From Carcharhinus amblyrhynchos (Eukaryota), in contig OZ336881.1 of assembly GCA_965287045.1 (NCBI GenBank), forward strand, positions 46,190,001 through 46,254,000: DNA of 64,000 nucleotides, read 5' to 3'. Numbering within the stretch: the stretch's first letter is position 1; the number at the start of each line of letters is the position of its first letter. The notes beneath the pieces were generated by a model. That model ran no database searches. It was not told the DNA's origin and saw only the letters and a program-made list of their open reading frames with translations. Shown here one piece after another: positions 37,945 through 51,206 of this stretch. A program made the translations under genes and the position numbers.

Positions 37945-38249
37945 GGGTAGCACAGTGGCACAGTGATTAGCACTGCTACCTCACAACTCCAGGGACCTGG
38001 GTTCCATTCCCAGCTTGATCACTGTCTGTGCTGAGTTTGCACATTCTCCCCGTGTTTGTGTGGGTTTCCTCTGGGTGCTCTGATTTCCTCCCACACATGT
38101 GCACGTTAGGTCGATTGGCCGTGCAAAATTGCCCCTTAGTGTCTCGGGATGCGTAAGTTAGAGGGATTTGTGGGGTAAATATGTGGGGTGATGGGGATAG
38201 GGCCTCGGTGGGATTGTTGTCGGTGCAGACTCGATGGGCCAAATGATTT
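37945..38249 (+). mobile_element. HE1-like V-SINE with CR1-type tail
   Basis: Full head; TSD CTATCA at 37939-37944 and 38250-38255. Confidence 0.93.
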
Positions 38250-38421
38250 CTATCATCTCCAGGTGAGTGAAGGCCCCAAGCTTGGGTCTCGATCTAATCT
38301 CTTCTCAGTCAATTCCCCACAGGTGTGCCTGTCTGCCAATGTCTCTCCCGAAAGGCTCCAGGTGAGTATGATACATCAATTCATTAATATAGGTGGTTCT
38401 ATAACTGCAAAATAAAGTGAG

Positions 38422-38785
38422 AGGGCACTGTGACACAATGGTACTACTGCCTCAAGTGCAAGGGACCCAGGTTTGATTCTAGCCTTGGATTACTATCTGT
38501 GTGGAGTTTGTACATTCTCCCCGTGTCTGCGTGCGTTTTCTCTGGATGCTCTGGTTTCCTCCCACAGTCCAAAGATGTGCAGTTTGTGTGGATTGGCCAT
38601 GCTAAAAATTGTCTCTTAGTGTCAAGAGATGTATATGTTAGGTGGATTAGCCATGGTAAGTACATGGGGTTATCGGGATAGGATGTGTGAGTGGGAATTG
38701 GTAAGATGCCCTTTTAGAGAGTCAGTGCAGATTCGATGGGCCAGATGGCCTCCTTCTGCATTGTAGGGATTCTGTGCATTCTATG
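38422..38785 (+). mobile_element. HE1-like V-SINE with CR1-type tail
   Basis: Head, V-domain and tail GATGGGCCAGATGGCCTCCTTCTGCATTGTAGGGATTC. Confidence 0.93.
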
Positions 38786-39571
38786 GCTTTTGAGATTATA
38801 GCAAGAAGAATCAAGTAGAACTCTTCCCCCAGAATGTTATAATGATTCTCTATGACTGAATCTCTAATATTCTGTGCAGTTTTATGTTGCTTCACTATAA
38901 GAGCAATGATACCAGAATGAGTTCTAAGAAAATGTAAAAACCATGAGAATATAAGAGGTAGAAGATTGGTTGGCCCCTTGGCCTTTCAGCAAGATCATAA
39001 CTGATCTTCTGCTTCAATTATATCTTTCCACACTGTCGCCATATTCCTTAATTTGTTGAGTATCCAAAATGGGTTTAAGCTCACATCCATGTATTCATCT
39101 TATGGGTTTAGAAGGAAAACAAACTTCTTCTTGACTTTGGAAATGCAATTATTGTAAATATCTTCAAAAAGAGAATGAAATCATGCTGTGGAAACTATTG
39201 AGGTATATCCCTCCTGTAAAGCAGAAAAAATCCTAACGTTCGTTCTCCTGAATTGCCTACTTCCAGAAGCTGTGGAAATCCTCCCAGATACAGGGTGTGG
39301 CTTGAGACCTTACAGAAGAACTTCTGATATGGATTTGTAGCCAGACAAATCCAAAAGAAATGTGGAGAAAAATTTCAGGAACGTGAATATTTTTGAGAGG
39401 AGAGACATGGGCCGAAATTGTCCCATTGCATTCGCCCTGAGAATCGTAGTGGATGAGACAGAAATTTTGGTGGACCATTTAAAGATCCATTGAGCTTGGG
39501 GGAATTTTCTGTCTTGGGATGTACGGGGCTGTAGAACCTCAACCATGTTGTCTAAGCTCTTCATCTTCATA

Positions 39572-39897
39572 CGTGGCACGGTGTCACAGTGGTTAGCACT
39601 ACTAACTTACCGCCGCCTGGGATCTCGGTTCATTTGTAACCTCATGCGACTGTCTGTGTGAAGTTTGCACTTTCTCCCCACGTCTGTATGGGTTTCCTCT
39701 GGGTGCTTCAGTTTCCTCCAGCAGTCCAAAGATGTACAGGTTTGAATTGTTGACCATGATAAATTGACCTTTACTGTCAGGGCATTAGCAGGGTAAATAC
39801 GTGGTGTTGCGGAGATAGGGCCTGAATGGGATTGTTTTCGGTGCGGGCTCAATGGGATGAATGGTCTCTTCCTGCACTGTAGGGATTCTATGATTCT
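39572..39897 (+). mobile_element. HE1-like V-SINE with CR1-type tail
   Basis: GGCACGGTGTCACAGTGGTTAGCAC...GCACTGTAGGGATTCTATGATTC. Confidence 0.92.
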
Positions 39898-40064
39898 TCC
39901 ATCTTGCAATGATTAGGATGAAAAGCTTCAACAGCACAGCAAGCAACTATTTTTTGTTTTTGTTTTATTTATTCATAGGATATGAGTGTCACTATCTAGG
40001 CCAGTATTTGAGAAGGTGGTAGTGAGTTGCCTTTTTGAACTGCTGCAGTCCTTTGAATACCAGT

Positions 40065-40312
40065 AAATATTCACTGTGTTCATCAACCTGACGAAAGCAG
40101 TTGACTCAGTCAATCACAAGGCTCTTTGTGCTCCAAAGATTTGGATTTCCAAAAAACTTATACAGAATCCTGCAAGTGCTTCATAATGATATGACTGGAA
40201 TTGTCTTGAGGGGAAGATCTGAAACAGATGCCCTCAAATCTGGACCACTGTTGAGCAAAGCTCCCATACAATTTACAACCTACCTGACAGTGGATCTTCA
40301 GCTCAAATATAA
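40065..40312 (+). mobile_element. RTE-clade LINE reverse transcriptase fragment
   Basis: VFINLTKAVDSVNHKAL / LQRFGFPKNLYRILQVLHNDMTGIV resembles RTE FIDLTKAFD...FGCP...LHDGM. Confidence 0.75.
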
Positions 40313-40394
40313 CTGCCCTCTGGTATGACTATTAAATGCTGCCAAAACTCAACTGACACCCATGTCTCTGGGAATGCAACATTCTCCAGTCTCT

Positions 40395-40940
40395 CACTAT
40401 AAAAAATACTATTTTTAATTTTTCCTTTCAAAGTTGGTATCTTCACACTTTGTCAGATTGTATTCCATCTGCCATGTTTTGGCCTACTCACTGTCTATAT
40501 CTCCTTGCATCCTCTTTGCATCCTCCTCACCATTTATTTTCTCTCCCAACTTTATATTGGCAGGAGAATAGGATATATTATGCTCAGTTTCTTCATCTCA
40601 GCTGTTAATATAGATTATAAATAAATGAGACCCAATTCTGATTTTGCATTCATCTTTTTCTTACAGCCCATTCAAAAAATAAGACCATGAGACAAAGGAG
40701 CAGAATTAGACCATTCAGCCCATCGAGTCTGCTCTGCCATTTAATTATGGCTGATATTTTTCTCACCCCCATTCTCCTGCCTTTTCCCCATAATCCTTAT
40801 CCCCTTATTAATCAAGAACCTATCTATCTGTCTTAAATACACTCAATGACCTGGCCTTCACAGCCTTCTGCAACAAAGAGTTCCACAGATTCACCACTCT
40901 CTGGCTGAAGAAATTCCTCCTCATCTCTGTTTTAAATCAT
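40395..40940 (-). mobile_element. Two CR1 fragments (RT part at 40395-40670; younger 3' end at 40682-40940)
   Basis: TATTCCATCTGCCATGTTTTGGCCTACTC and AGACCATGAGAC..GGAGCAGAATTAG CR1 signatures. Confidence 0.8.
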
Positions 40941-42470
40941 GTTTAACCAGCTTATTGGAGTTATTTGAGAAAATAAACTGTGTTGTGGATAAAGGGAACC
41001 ACTGGATGTACCTTACTTAGATTTCTAGAATGCATTTGATAAAGTGCCACATTAAATGTTATTATGGAAAATAAATCTCATGTTATTTAGGGTAACATAT
41101 TTGCATGGATAGCAGATTGGCTGGCTAACAAGATACAGAGAATAGGCATAAGTGTGTCCTTCTCAGATTGATAAGATAACCCTGTGCTACAGGATCAATG
41201 CTGAAATATCAAACTTTACAATTTATATAAAAGACTTGGGTGAAAGGATTGAAGAGATTGCCAAATTTGCTAATGGCACGAAGAAAAGTAGGAAAGTAAG
41301 TTACAAAGAGGACATAAGGAGGCGACAAAGAAGTTTGGATAGATTAAGTGAGTGGGCAAAGATTGGCTAAAGACCTGGCAAATTGAAATATTGTGGGAAA
41401 ATGTGAAATTGTCCATTTTGGCAGGAAGAATGAAATAGAAGTATATTACTTAAATGGTGAGAGATTGCAGAGCTCTGAGATGCAGAGAGTTCTGTGTGAC
41501 CGAGTGCATGAATTACAAAAGGCCAGTACGCTGGTACAGAAGTAATTAGGAAACCTAATAGAGTGTTATCATTTATTGTGAGAGGAATTGAATGTAAAAA
41601 TAGGGTGATTACTCTTCATGTACATGGCTGTAGCGAGACCACATTTAGAGTATTGTGTGCAGTATTGGTCACCAAACGCAGAAAGATGTAAATGCATTGG
41701 AAGCAGTTCAGAGAAGGTGTCCATACAAATACCTGAAATGGGTGGATTGTCTAGTGAAGGCTTAAATTTGCTGGAGTTTAGAAGAGTAAGAGTCAACTTG
41801 ATTGAAATTTATAAGATGCTGAGGAGTCTTGACAGGCTGGATGTAGAATGGATGTTTCCTCTTGTGGGAGAATCTAGAACTGGGGATCACTGTTTAAAAT
41901 TAAAGGGTCACCTATTTAAAATGGAGGTGAGGCAATTTTTTTCACTCAGAGTTTCATGAGTCTTTGGAACTCTCTTCCTCAAAAGGCAGTAGAAGAATAA
42001 TTTTTGAATATTTTTCAGGCAGGAGTGGATAGATTCTTGGTAAACAAGGAGGTGACAGGTTACCAGTAGTTGGTGGATTGCAGGTTTGAGGTGCTATCAG
42101 ATCAGCCATGATCTTACTAAAAACTTACTAAACGGAGTTGAGGAGGAACTTCTTCACTCAAAGGGTGGTGAATCTCTGGACTTCTCTGCCCGTTGAAGTG
42201 GTGGAGGCTGCCTCGCTAAATATTTTTAAGACGCGGGTTGATGGGTTTTTGATAGGAGAGGGGATTAAGGGTTATGGGGAGAGGGCGGGAAAGTGGAACT
42301 GAGCAGCGACAGATCAGCCATGATCTTATTGAATGGCGGGGCAGGCTCGAAGGGCTGGATGGCCTACTCCTGCTCCTATTTCTTATGTTCTTATATGTTC
42401 TTATGTTCTTAAATAGTGGCTCAGACTCTAGGGCTGAATGGTCTACTCTTACTTCTTGTATGTATGTTCA
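40941..42470 (+). mobile_element. CR1 LINE remnant with a younger CR1 3' end (42132-42410) nested in its tail
   Basis: ORFs IAKFANGTK...LDRLSEWAK and RPHLEYCVQYWSP...NLIEIYKMLR; inner copy is CpG-rich with a (TTCTTATG)n tail. Confidence 0.92.
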
Positions 42471-42561
42471 TTTAGGGTCAATGGTTTTTCATCAGAACTG
42501 GGAAAACATAGATGTTGAGCAAAGAGATGGTGGGACTAGGATTGACAAGTCTAGCTTTTAA

Positions 42562-42652
42562 TTGCAGATTTTTATTAAGTGAATTTAAATTCCACCAGCT
42601 AGTGGGATTTGAACCTATGTCCCCAGTGCATTAGCCAGGACTTCTGCATTAT
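42562..42652 (-). mobile_element. SINE-B 5' fragment
   Basis: GAATTTAAATTCCACCAGCTAGTGGGATTTGAACCTATGTCCCCAG is the reverse complement of 62300-62356. Confidence 0.7.
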
Positions 42653-44137
42653 CCTGACTCCCTCTGCTTTATGACTTATCAACGTCACTCTGTAAATGAA
42701 CATGTGAGGATATCACCACCACCTAAACATGGGAAATTAATGTGAATTACCACATCCCACAAACAAAATTATAAAGGGGTCTGGGGCTAAATTCATTGCA
42801 GGCAACAAGGAACAAATGGTCATTTACTGTGCTGGAATTGTCTACATTTTAAAATGCAGCAACGCTACTTCAAGCATGAAGAGACCTATGATTATAATTG
42901 TAAAGGAAGGGAATCAATACTCATTGCAGACTTGCTGAAGTTGGAAATGTGCCTCCATAATATTTTCAATTAATTTCTTTATTCCATGTTCCTCCCATCT
43001 AGTTTCATTCAAAATTACCAACTAGATGAGATGTTATCATGTGTTTATTCTGGAATCTATAACAAACACTTTTTGCCACAGCTGAAAGCTGCCTCTGTGA
43101 ATTTATCTGCTTGTTGTAATATCTTATCAGCCCTGCAGTGTCAGGCGAGCGAGAAGTTTTGCAAGTTCACTGTTAGGTCATCTTCTGATGTATTTCTTCC
43201 ACTGAGTGATCCTGCCAAAGGCAGGACAAGAATGACACCCGTTAGCCAATTATTGGCAATTAAGTGCCCACTTTGGAGCAGATTGGTGATGGCAAAGTGT
43301 ATCTTGGTAGCCCGTGGTGGGTGTTGCGGGGTGCAGTGTCAGGAAGACTGTGGGAGGGTGGGTGGAGCTGTGCCAGCGAGGTCCCCAAAAATTCCTTGAG
43401 CTCTGGGTGCTAGAGGACCACTGATATTGCCACAGGCATACATGTGGAAGGGCCTGCCCCTTCACAATGATGGACTGATAGCAATGACCAAATTTAATAT
43501 GTTAAGTCATTTTTAGAAGACTTCTCCTCTATTTGAGATACGTCTTTGTTTTATGACCTATGTTGATTCACTCACCCTGACAATGGGACTTGCAGCCACT
43601 CAGTGGTGCAGATACTCCAACAGCTTCTCCAGCCTGCCAACCCCACACAATGTCCTTAACTGGCAGGCTTCAGCATTAGCCATTTAATTTAATTCATCTC
43701 AAAGAAGATCATGCAGACCAGACAGATTGGGCCACCATTGGGGTTGGACCACAATGTAATCCTGACACTCAGGAATCTTCAGAGCTGGTAAGATTATGCC
43801 CATACATTGTGCCATGTGATCCTGTTTTCCAGACTTATTACATTACTTTTTTTCATTGTCGACCTTAATGAGCAGTCAGGTTGTTGTTTATCCAGGCCAT
43901 TCTTTCCTTGATATAATAAACTTGCCTCAGAACGACGGGCTTGACTGCAATTCTGACTTCATTAATAGCCACGTATATTGAATTATGTGGCACTAGAATA
44001 CAAAAGGCACTGGTGCCCACCTAATACTCATTAACAGCTCAAGGGCTCATGAGATACAACTGCAATTGAAAATGTTTCTCTGGGGGCTCAAAGTGCCATT
44101 TTCTTTTTCCATTGTGGGTCTGTATAAGAAAAGTCCT

Positions 44138-44732
44138 GGGCGCATTTCACCCAAACTGGAACTAAGTGCCTATGCCAGTGGGAAATGAGAGAATACTAGA
44201 AGGGTGTCAGTGTTAGGCCAGGGACAATGCCAGGGAGCTAGGGGACAGTGCACCATTGGCATTGCCAAGGCTCATGGCCTGAAGGGGGGGTGCCTGAGTG
44301 AGGGTCTGAGGGGGGAAGAGGCATGAGCAGGGGTCTCAGGGAGGGGGGTTGAGGAGGGATTGGGTTGCATTTATGTCTGCTTACTATTAGGGGTTGGAGT
44401 GTGACTTGTTATTTGAGTGGTGGAAGGTGTGGAGAGAATGCCCCTCTTTGCCGAGAGATTGGCAGTGTTCCCCTGAATCCTTAGGATCTAGCATGCCAGG
44501 CCTATGCCAGTTATTACCAGCACCACAGCCCACCCAATGCATTCCCCACTGAAGAGGCAAGTGAATAGTGGGCTGGGGTTGGTGAATGGTCTGTCAAACC
44601 CATTAACTGTATGATAGCAGGTTTGTATGATTATTGAGTTGTTGCCTGCTATGATTTTTTTTTGACCAATGCCCCATTCAGCTGGGCATCAGCATGCCCA
44701 CTGGTGGTCTGATGAGGCTGGAGATTCTGCCC
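44138..44732. mobile_element. GC-rich non-autonomous DNA element
   Basis: GGGCGCATTTCACC...GGAGATTCTGCCC ends; CCT/CCT TSD. Confidence 0.75.
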
Positions 44733-45037
44733 CCTGCACCCAAACTGAAATCACGAATTCCAACTTTCAGAAAATTCTTCATGGACAAGTCTTGTGCTTG
44801 ACTGTTGCTCTCTTCAACATAAATTATGGCAGAAATTCTCTAGGCCCACTAGCAGTGAGAACCACGATGGAATGGAAAATAGGGTGTCCATCCCTATCCG
44901 TGGCTACTGCCCCTGGCTGAATCATGCCTTGGCATCTTGTTCCACTCTAGGATGTGCTTCTGACTTCATTTCTTGGTCATCACTTAGAATCTGACAAGTA
45001 AATCCTGCAAGTATGTATTTTTCACTTCAGACTCAAT

Positions 45038-45164
45038 GGTCGGAATTTTACCACACTGCCTGCCATGGGAACTGGAGTGGGCAAAGGGTGGACAATGGGA
45101 AGGTCTGTTGACCATGAGTGGGAATTTATGGCTTTGGGGCGAGCAAGGCCATAAAATCCTGCCC
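45038..45164. mobile_element. Short GGG-TIR MITE
   Basis: GGTCGGAATTTTA...TAAAATCCTGCCC ends; AAT/AAT TSD. Confidence 0.75.
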
Positions 45165-45314
45165 AATTACCACATTGCACTCCTTTTCAACCTTGTATGC
45201 TCAACACTTATAAAACATCACTGAATTCAAAAATCTGCTGGCCTGATCCTGCAGTGAGACAGAAAGGAATAAAGTAGACTTTTGGCAGCTGAAGACATAG
45301 CAACTAATGGTGGA

Positions 45315-46118
45315 ATGATGGTAGTGGTTTTATGATTGGAAGCATATCTTGGGATCAAATATGACATCAAGGGTGCGAACCATCTGGTTCAGCCTCAGGC
45401 ATTTGGTGCAGAGAGGGGTGGAGTTGGTAGCTAGGGAACGAAGATTGTAGCAGGGACTTAAAACAATTGACTGATTTTTTTCTGGTCCCAAGGATACAGG
45501 TTCTGAAGCAGGACCAGGAGAATTTCACATCAGGGAGCCACCAACCTTGGCAGAGGAGGGTTTGGTTTGATTGGCACTAGCAGCAGTGGGTATTTAATTA
45601 TGCTCAATTAATCCCAATTGGTAATGCTCTTGGGATCTTCCTGACGGAGAATTGGCCTTGACTAAGACTGAAGTCAAGCTGTCAGGTGTCAGAGAGTTAC
45701 TCCTCCACAGTATAGCCTGGCAGCTTAGGTCAAACTTATATTTTACACACATAGAATTCTTTTAGAGGGCACCTCTGTCTTGTGGATTTTGGCAAAGGGC
45801 ACACATCCAATTAATTGGCTGCCTCTCAGAAGATAGCTGCTTTCGGCTGTCATGGCCATGAATTGTGCCTGATATTAGGGTTGCAACAATCTTGTCAAAA
45901 TCTACCCAATAGCTTGACTCTTCCTTGTGCTGAGTTTGGAAGAAATTACTGATCATCCAATACTGGATGTTGGATACGCAATCTGATATTTTACAGTTGT
46001 GAAGGGATTGAGAGAGATGGTGGTGAGATAGAGCTGGGTTTGTCAGGGTACATGTGAAAACCTTTGCTGTGTTTCTGGATCATGATGCCAAGGAACAGCA
46101 CATCAGTAAGGAATTGGT
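45315..46118 (-). mobile_element. L2 LINE RT fragment interrupted by an insert at about 45472-45907
   Basis: Minus strand LGIMIQKHSKGFHMYPD.. is a decayed IIRKHG.SFHMYADDTQLY; later LNQMVRTLDVIFDP resembles L2 VRNLGVIFD. Confidence 0.75.
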
Positions 46119-48371
46119 ATGGACCATAGATCATGCATCAAAACCTTTCTGATCTATCTTCTACCCTGTACTTAATTTTTGCTGATCCGTATGTTTTTCT
46201 GAGCCATAACCTTGTGACTCAGGATATGTCGAGAAAGCACTTTCCCACCTGACCAAACAGTTCCCCCCCCCGCCATCTCCAAACTTGTCTCCATGGGAAG
46301 ACATTCAATCTCACCCTGCGACTTTCGGGAGGACATCTTTGGCTGGACTCTTCCAATATTGTGGCTCTGCCGAAGGCGCACCCTTACCGTGGGGAAGGCC
46401 AGGGAATCCCTTTCTAAATGATCAAGTCTAAGAAGGCATGCCTGTGTTGAGGGGCAGAGAGTGCACATGGAGTAACTGGGGGGAGGTGAGGACTGTGTGT
46501 GGAAGGTTAAAAAGCTTTATAAGTTTGCTGAATATAAAGAGAAGTTAACCTGGATAAAATAAATATACTTTCTAGAAATTGTTTTGAAGTTTTGTTAGGA
46601 ATATACAATGATGGTAAACCTTTAAATAAATTAATTACATGGCACATTTTGATACTCTGGAGAGAAATGGCAATACCCCACAAAATCTTCATCTTGTCAT
46701 GCAGTTCAGGCAAATATTGGTGACATAATGATTTATCACCATGAAATAATTATGCAAATTGGATGTTTCCCCTCCATATTTGCCCAATTTTGTGAAAAAT
46801 AATGTTCCACTGATTAAAAAATACAATAATTTTAAATTGAATTCTGCCTCCAACCCTGAAAGAATGCAGAAATAAGCACTTATTGCCTAACCTATTTGTG
46901 CTGTATTGGAGCTATTAATGCATGAACAGCCCCTTCCTTGGCACACACACTCACATGCACATTCTTTTATCCTGTAAAATGAGGACAATTATCAGAAAAT
47001 CAGCTACTGAAGAGGAATCGCTCAGTGTCAGGGACAAAATAGTCACTTCAATTTTATATCCTGATATTAGGGGAAGCATTGATGGCTCCTAATTTGAACT
47101 GTAGTCAGCAGGCATTCAATACCACATTAAAACAAATCAAGAAGGGCCCATTTGAACATTGTCTGATTTGTATTTGGCTATTTTAAAGGACACATTATAG
47201 CAATGCACTATTATAATGGATTAACTTGAATGAAACACTTTGCAAAGAGCATTAAAAACACAGGATTTGCTTTGTGAAAGACTAAGCAGTTGTGAGTAAG
47301 TCTGCAGAGCCATAATGCACAAGTATCACTCATTCCACAGCTGGATCACTGAATGTTTCATTAGTTTATGCTCCCTAAGTGACTATTTACCTACTTGAGC
47401 CGCAAAAAGAGCCTTGTTTAAAGGTATGGTTTGGTAGGCTAATTTTCTGCCATTCCCACTAACAAAACCAAGTTTTTACAAAATCCTTTACAGGATATTC
47501 ACACAAGTCAGCCATTCTGAGTGAGAGTCTTTAACCTCTAAAAGTGATGAAAAGAGGAAAACATGATATTGAGTGGAGTGGCTGAAAAGGCCACTCTGAG
47601 TCTTGCTTCCCCTAAGGATAATGAAATCAAACAAAATAGAAAAAAAATGTTTAAAATTGAGTCAGATTGTGGAGTGCAGTGAAGACTATGTGAGACATAT
47701 TGACACGTCAAGATAATTTCTTGAAGTACACGGTGACATGTATTACCATGGAGAAAATTATTATAATGACTCATCAAAAAATTTCAGCCTTTGATTTTCA
47801 GTACAGCAGGGGACAGGAAAAGCACACTTATGCACTGAATATTCTGGGACCTTTATCAATGAGGAACTGACAGGCATTATCTTGCACTGTATAATGTCAA
47901 GCTGTTTATCTGAGAGATCCTGAAGAGAAAGCTTACTGTACATAACACATTGTTTCTTCTTCTATTTTCATAAGTGGGTATGACATGCATCTCTCTCAAT
48001 TTATTATCATCATATCGACAAGGTATTAGATTTAACGTACCTCCAGAATCCCATAAATTATTTATAATGCTCACAACAATGACTGCCACACTGTGATAAA
48101 CCATAACAAAAGCTGGTCAATAAACTCATCACAGACTTCATGGAGGAAATTATAGGGTGCTCAATTGTGTGTTAAGGTCAAGGAGGTGTAGCGGCAGGAA
48201 TCTTAATAGTGCAGCATATGACACAACATAGATGAAATAATGAGGTATATTCATTCTAATTCCAAGCAGCTGGAATACCCAACATGTATGGTGGCAATAA
48301 TATTAGCTTTCTAATGAAATCTAGTTTGCAGTCTAGTTTCCTGAAAGAACATCAAACAATTTTTAAAATCA

Positions 48372-48698
48372 AAGAAACCCTACAGTGCAAAGGAGGCCAT
48401 TCGGCCCATCAAGTCTGCACCAACCACAATCCCACCTAGGCCCTACCCCCATTTACCCACTAGTCCTTCTAACCTATGCATTTCAGGACTCTAAGGGGCA
48501 TTTTTTTTTTAGCATGGCCTATCAACCTAACCTGCATATCTTTGGACTGTGGGAGGAAACCGGAACATCTGGGGGAAACCCACGCAAACACAAAGAGAAT
48601 GTGCAAACTCCACACAGACAGTGACCCAAGCCGGGAATTGAACCCAGGTCCCTGGAGCTGTGAAGCAGCAGTGCTAACCACTGTGCTACCATGCTGCC
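48372..48698 (-). mobile_element. HE1-like V-SINE with CR1-type tail
   Basis: CCCTACAGTGCAAAGGAGGCCATTCGGCCC...GTGCTAACCACTGTGCTACCATGCTGCCC. Confidence 0.94.
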
Positions 48699-48764
48699 CA
48701 ATGGCAGGAAAAGGAATTAGAATGTATATCTCTATTTTAAGAGACAGCACTGTTATTTTTAAAG

Positions 48765-49060
48765 ATTCTTCGTTGCTGATGAGGCCAATATTTATTGCCT
48801 ATATCTAGTTTCCCTTGAGCGGGCACTTACGAGTCAACCACATGGCTATGGATCTGCAGTCACATGTTGGCCAGACCAGTTTAGATTGGCAGATTCTTTT
48901 CTCACAAGAGCATTTGTGAACCTGATGGGTTTTTCCAATAATCATTTCATTAAATTTTTAACTTAAGATTTTTATTCAAATTTCAACATCTGCCATGGTG
49001 GGATTTGAATCTTGGTCTCCAGAGCACTACCCTGGCAATACCACAACACCACTGCTTTCC
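48765..49060 (-). mobile_element. SINE-B (second tRNA-derived SINE family)
   Basis: Reverse-complement colinear with 62241-62650. Confidence 0.8.
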
Positions 49061-51080
49061 CTTGATCACTGTCATTGGCTGAATGGTCTGTTTCTGTGCT
49101 ACAGTTTGTAATATAAAAATCATTACATTCGCCTCTTAAAATTTAAGGTTATATTCTTAAGAGTAAACAAGGAAAAATAGATTTAACATACTACTAAATA
49201 TTAATTTGATACTGAGGATGACAAAATGCAAAAAATCCAGACTGACAAGTTTTATCCATCATTTCTATATGCAGATGTAGTTAAGTTATCAAAATCAACA
49301 TATGGAATGGGATAGCGATTACAGAGTGCTACTTCCGTCAAGCTTGTGAGGTGGGGAATTAATGACGTTAACAGTGGACCAGAGACTGGAGGATAAAGAT
49401 TATTGTTAAGTCGAGGCTAATAGAGGGATGAGTTGTTGTGAACAGGAAGGCTGACTGCAGAGCTGGATTGGGACTGCAGAAGGAAGCTCAAAATGGGCCC
49501 AACAGTAGAGGTTGTAAATTTTAGTATTGAGTTGTTTGTGAGGGGTGGGGAGGCAAGGGTAGGGTTTATAGCTGATGTGACCAGCTACTGTGTTATGAGG
49601 GATTCATGAATTTTGGAAAGTCTACCTTCTCGGGAGAAATGTTATGAATAACAATATGGTTTAAATTGTCCTGTATTCAGAAAATACTTTTAAGCTACAT
49701 AATTAGGATAAACAAGCAAAATACTACAGATGAAAACAAATCCTGCCAGAACACAAGTTGTATCTATGTGAAGAACAGCCAATATGATATAAAATTTTAC
49801 AAGAAGAGGCAAAGAGCAGAGCAGTACAATTAAACAAGGGATTTATATCAAGAGAAGAGGAAGGGTATACCAGAACACTTCTCCCAAAACTTACGTAACC
49901 ACCAAATTGTGGAGTCATTGTTGCCTGGAAACTGTTTCTGAAGAAATATTGGTTGCAGACCTCCTGTGTGATTCAAACTGAGAATAAGGAATCTGACTCC
50001 ATACTGTGGCCACAAGTGGAGGGTATCACAGCATCCTGCTAGCATAGGAGCATCATAAGCTATTAAGTGAACATATAGACATTCAATGAAATTGTTAAGG
50101 TTGTACACAGAATGATAGTTCATCAATTTATTTTTTTTCCATTGGGATTTATAGCACATAATAATATCAGTTGTTAACTTCACTTACAGCACTTCATTTG
50201 TATTTGACATTGATTTTCTATGACCCTGCATTTTGAATTAAAACTTATATTAATTATTGAAGAGACTTCTTATTACACATTCGTGGAAATGGGAATATCA
50301 CAACTGGCTGCTTGATATGTATGCATAGTTTCTCTTCTCTTCATGCTTCCTTTGATTTTTTCCAAAATAAAATGAGTAGAACGCTGATGTGTACAGTTCT
50401 GATATCAGAGCTTATGGTTAAAGGGTGCCCTGAACCTTAACGTTGATTTTTGCATAGTTATTAAGTAGCACTTTCACAGCTTGACATTATAGAATTCATC
50501 TTCAATTCATCCTCGTCAAATAGGCCATTAATTTTTCTCAGCTGATTATTTTTGCATATATTAATATCACATGTAAAACATTTAAACTCAAAAATCCATT
50601 GAATTATTGCAGTTTTGCCTTCTGTATAGTTCAGGATTGTAATCTTATACTGACGTTAAAAAAAGGTTCAATATTTTAATGTTTTATGCGTTCAGTGTAT
50701 CACTGACTGGAATGAAGTTATGCATCTTTTATTGAATGTAATTTGAAAAGTAATGTGCCTTACCATTTTCAATTTACAAGTTACATTAGTCTTGTTCAAA
50801 TCTCATGATAACTACCAAATCTTAGATCTCGTGATGGCCTCTGGAAATAGTTCCTGATGGAGGTCTGTTCTCTTCCTTAAGTTAGGCTGCTGATGAATGT
50901 TGTGTTGTTCAGATGCAATTAATTAATACAATAAGATGTCAGAAAGGTAATTAAGCCATTCAACTGTTTAAACTTGCATATAAAATTAAATAAATCTTTT
51001 CATTGGCCAGTCAACCACCATCCATGATTTTCTACCACTTAAGAAAACTTTTTTCACAGCAGGGGTACAATTGATATTAG

Positions 51081-51206
51081 AGTCAGAATTTTACTGGCCC
51101 ACCTACTACAGGAATCTAAGTGGGCACGGGTTGGAGTATGGGAAAATCCATTGACCTCAGGCAGGATTTTACAGTTTTGGGACGATTGAGGCTGTAAATG
51201 TCACCC
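51081..51206. mobile_element. Short GGG-TIR MITE
   Basis: AGTCAGAATTTTAC...GTAAATGTCACCC ends; TAG/TAG TSD; colinear with 45038-45164. Confidence 0.7.

Noticed and set aside
42986-43399. Longest ORF in the track (137 aa)
   Set aside because: No domain similarity; it runs from unique DNA into a GC-rich repeat, so it is likely a chance ORF.
49840-49985. RRGRVY...LRNHQIVE peptide pieces resembling a Harbinger transposase N-terminus
   Set aside because: Needs several frameshifts and no catalytic motifs follow.
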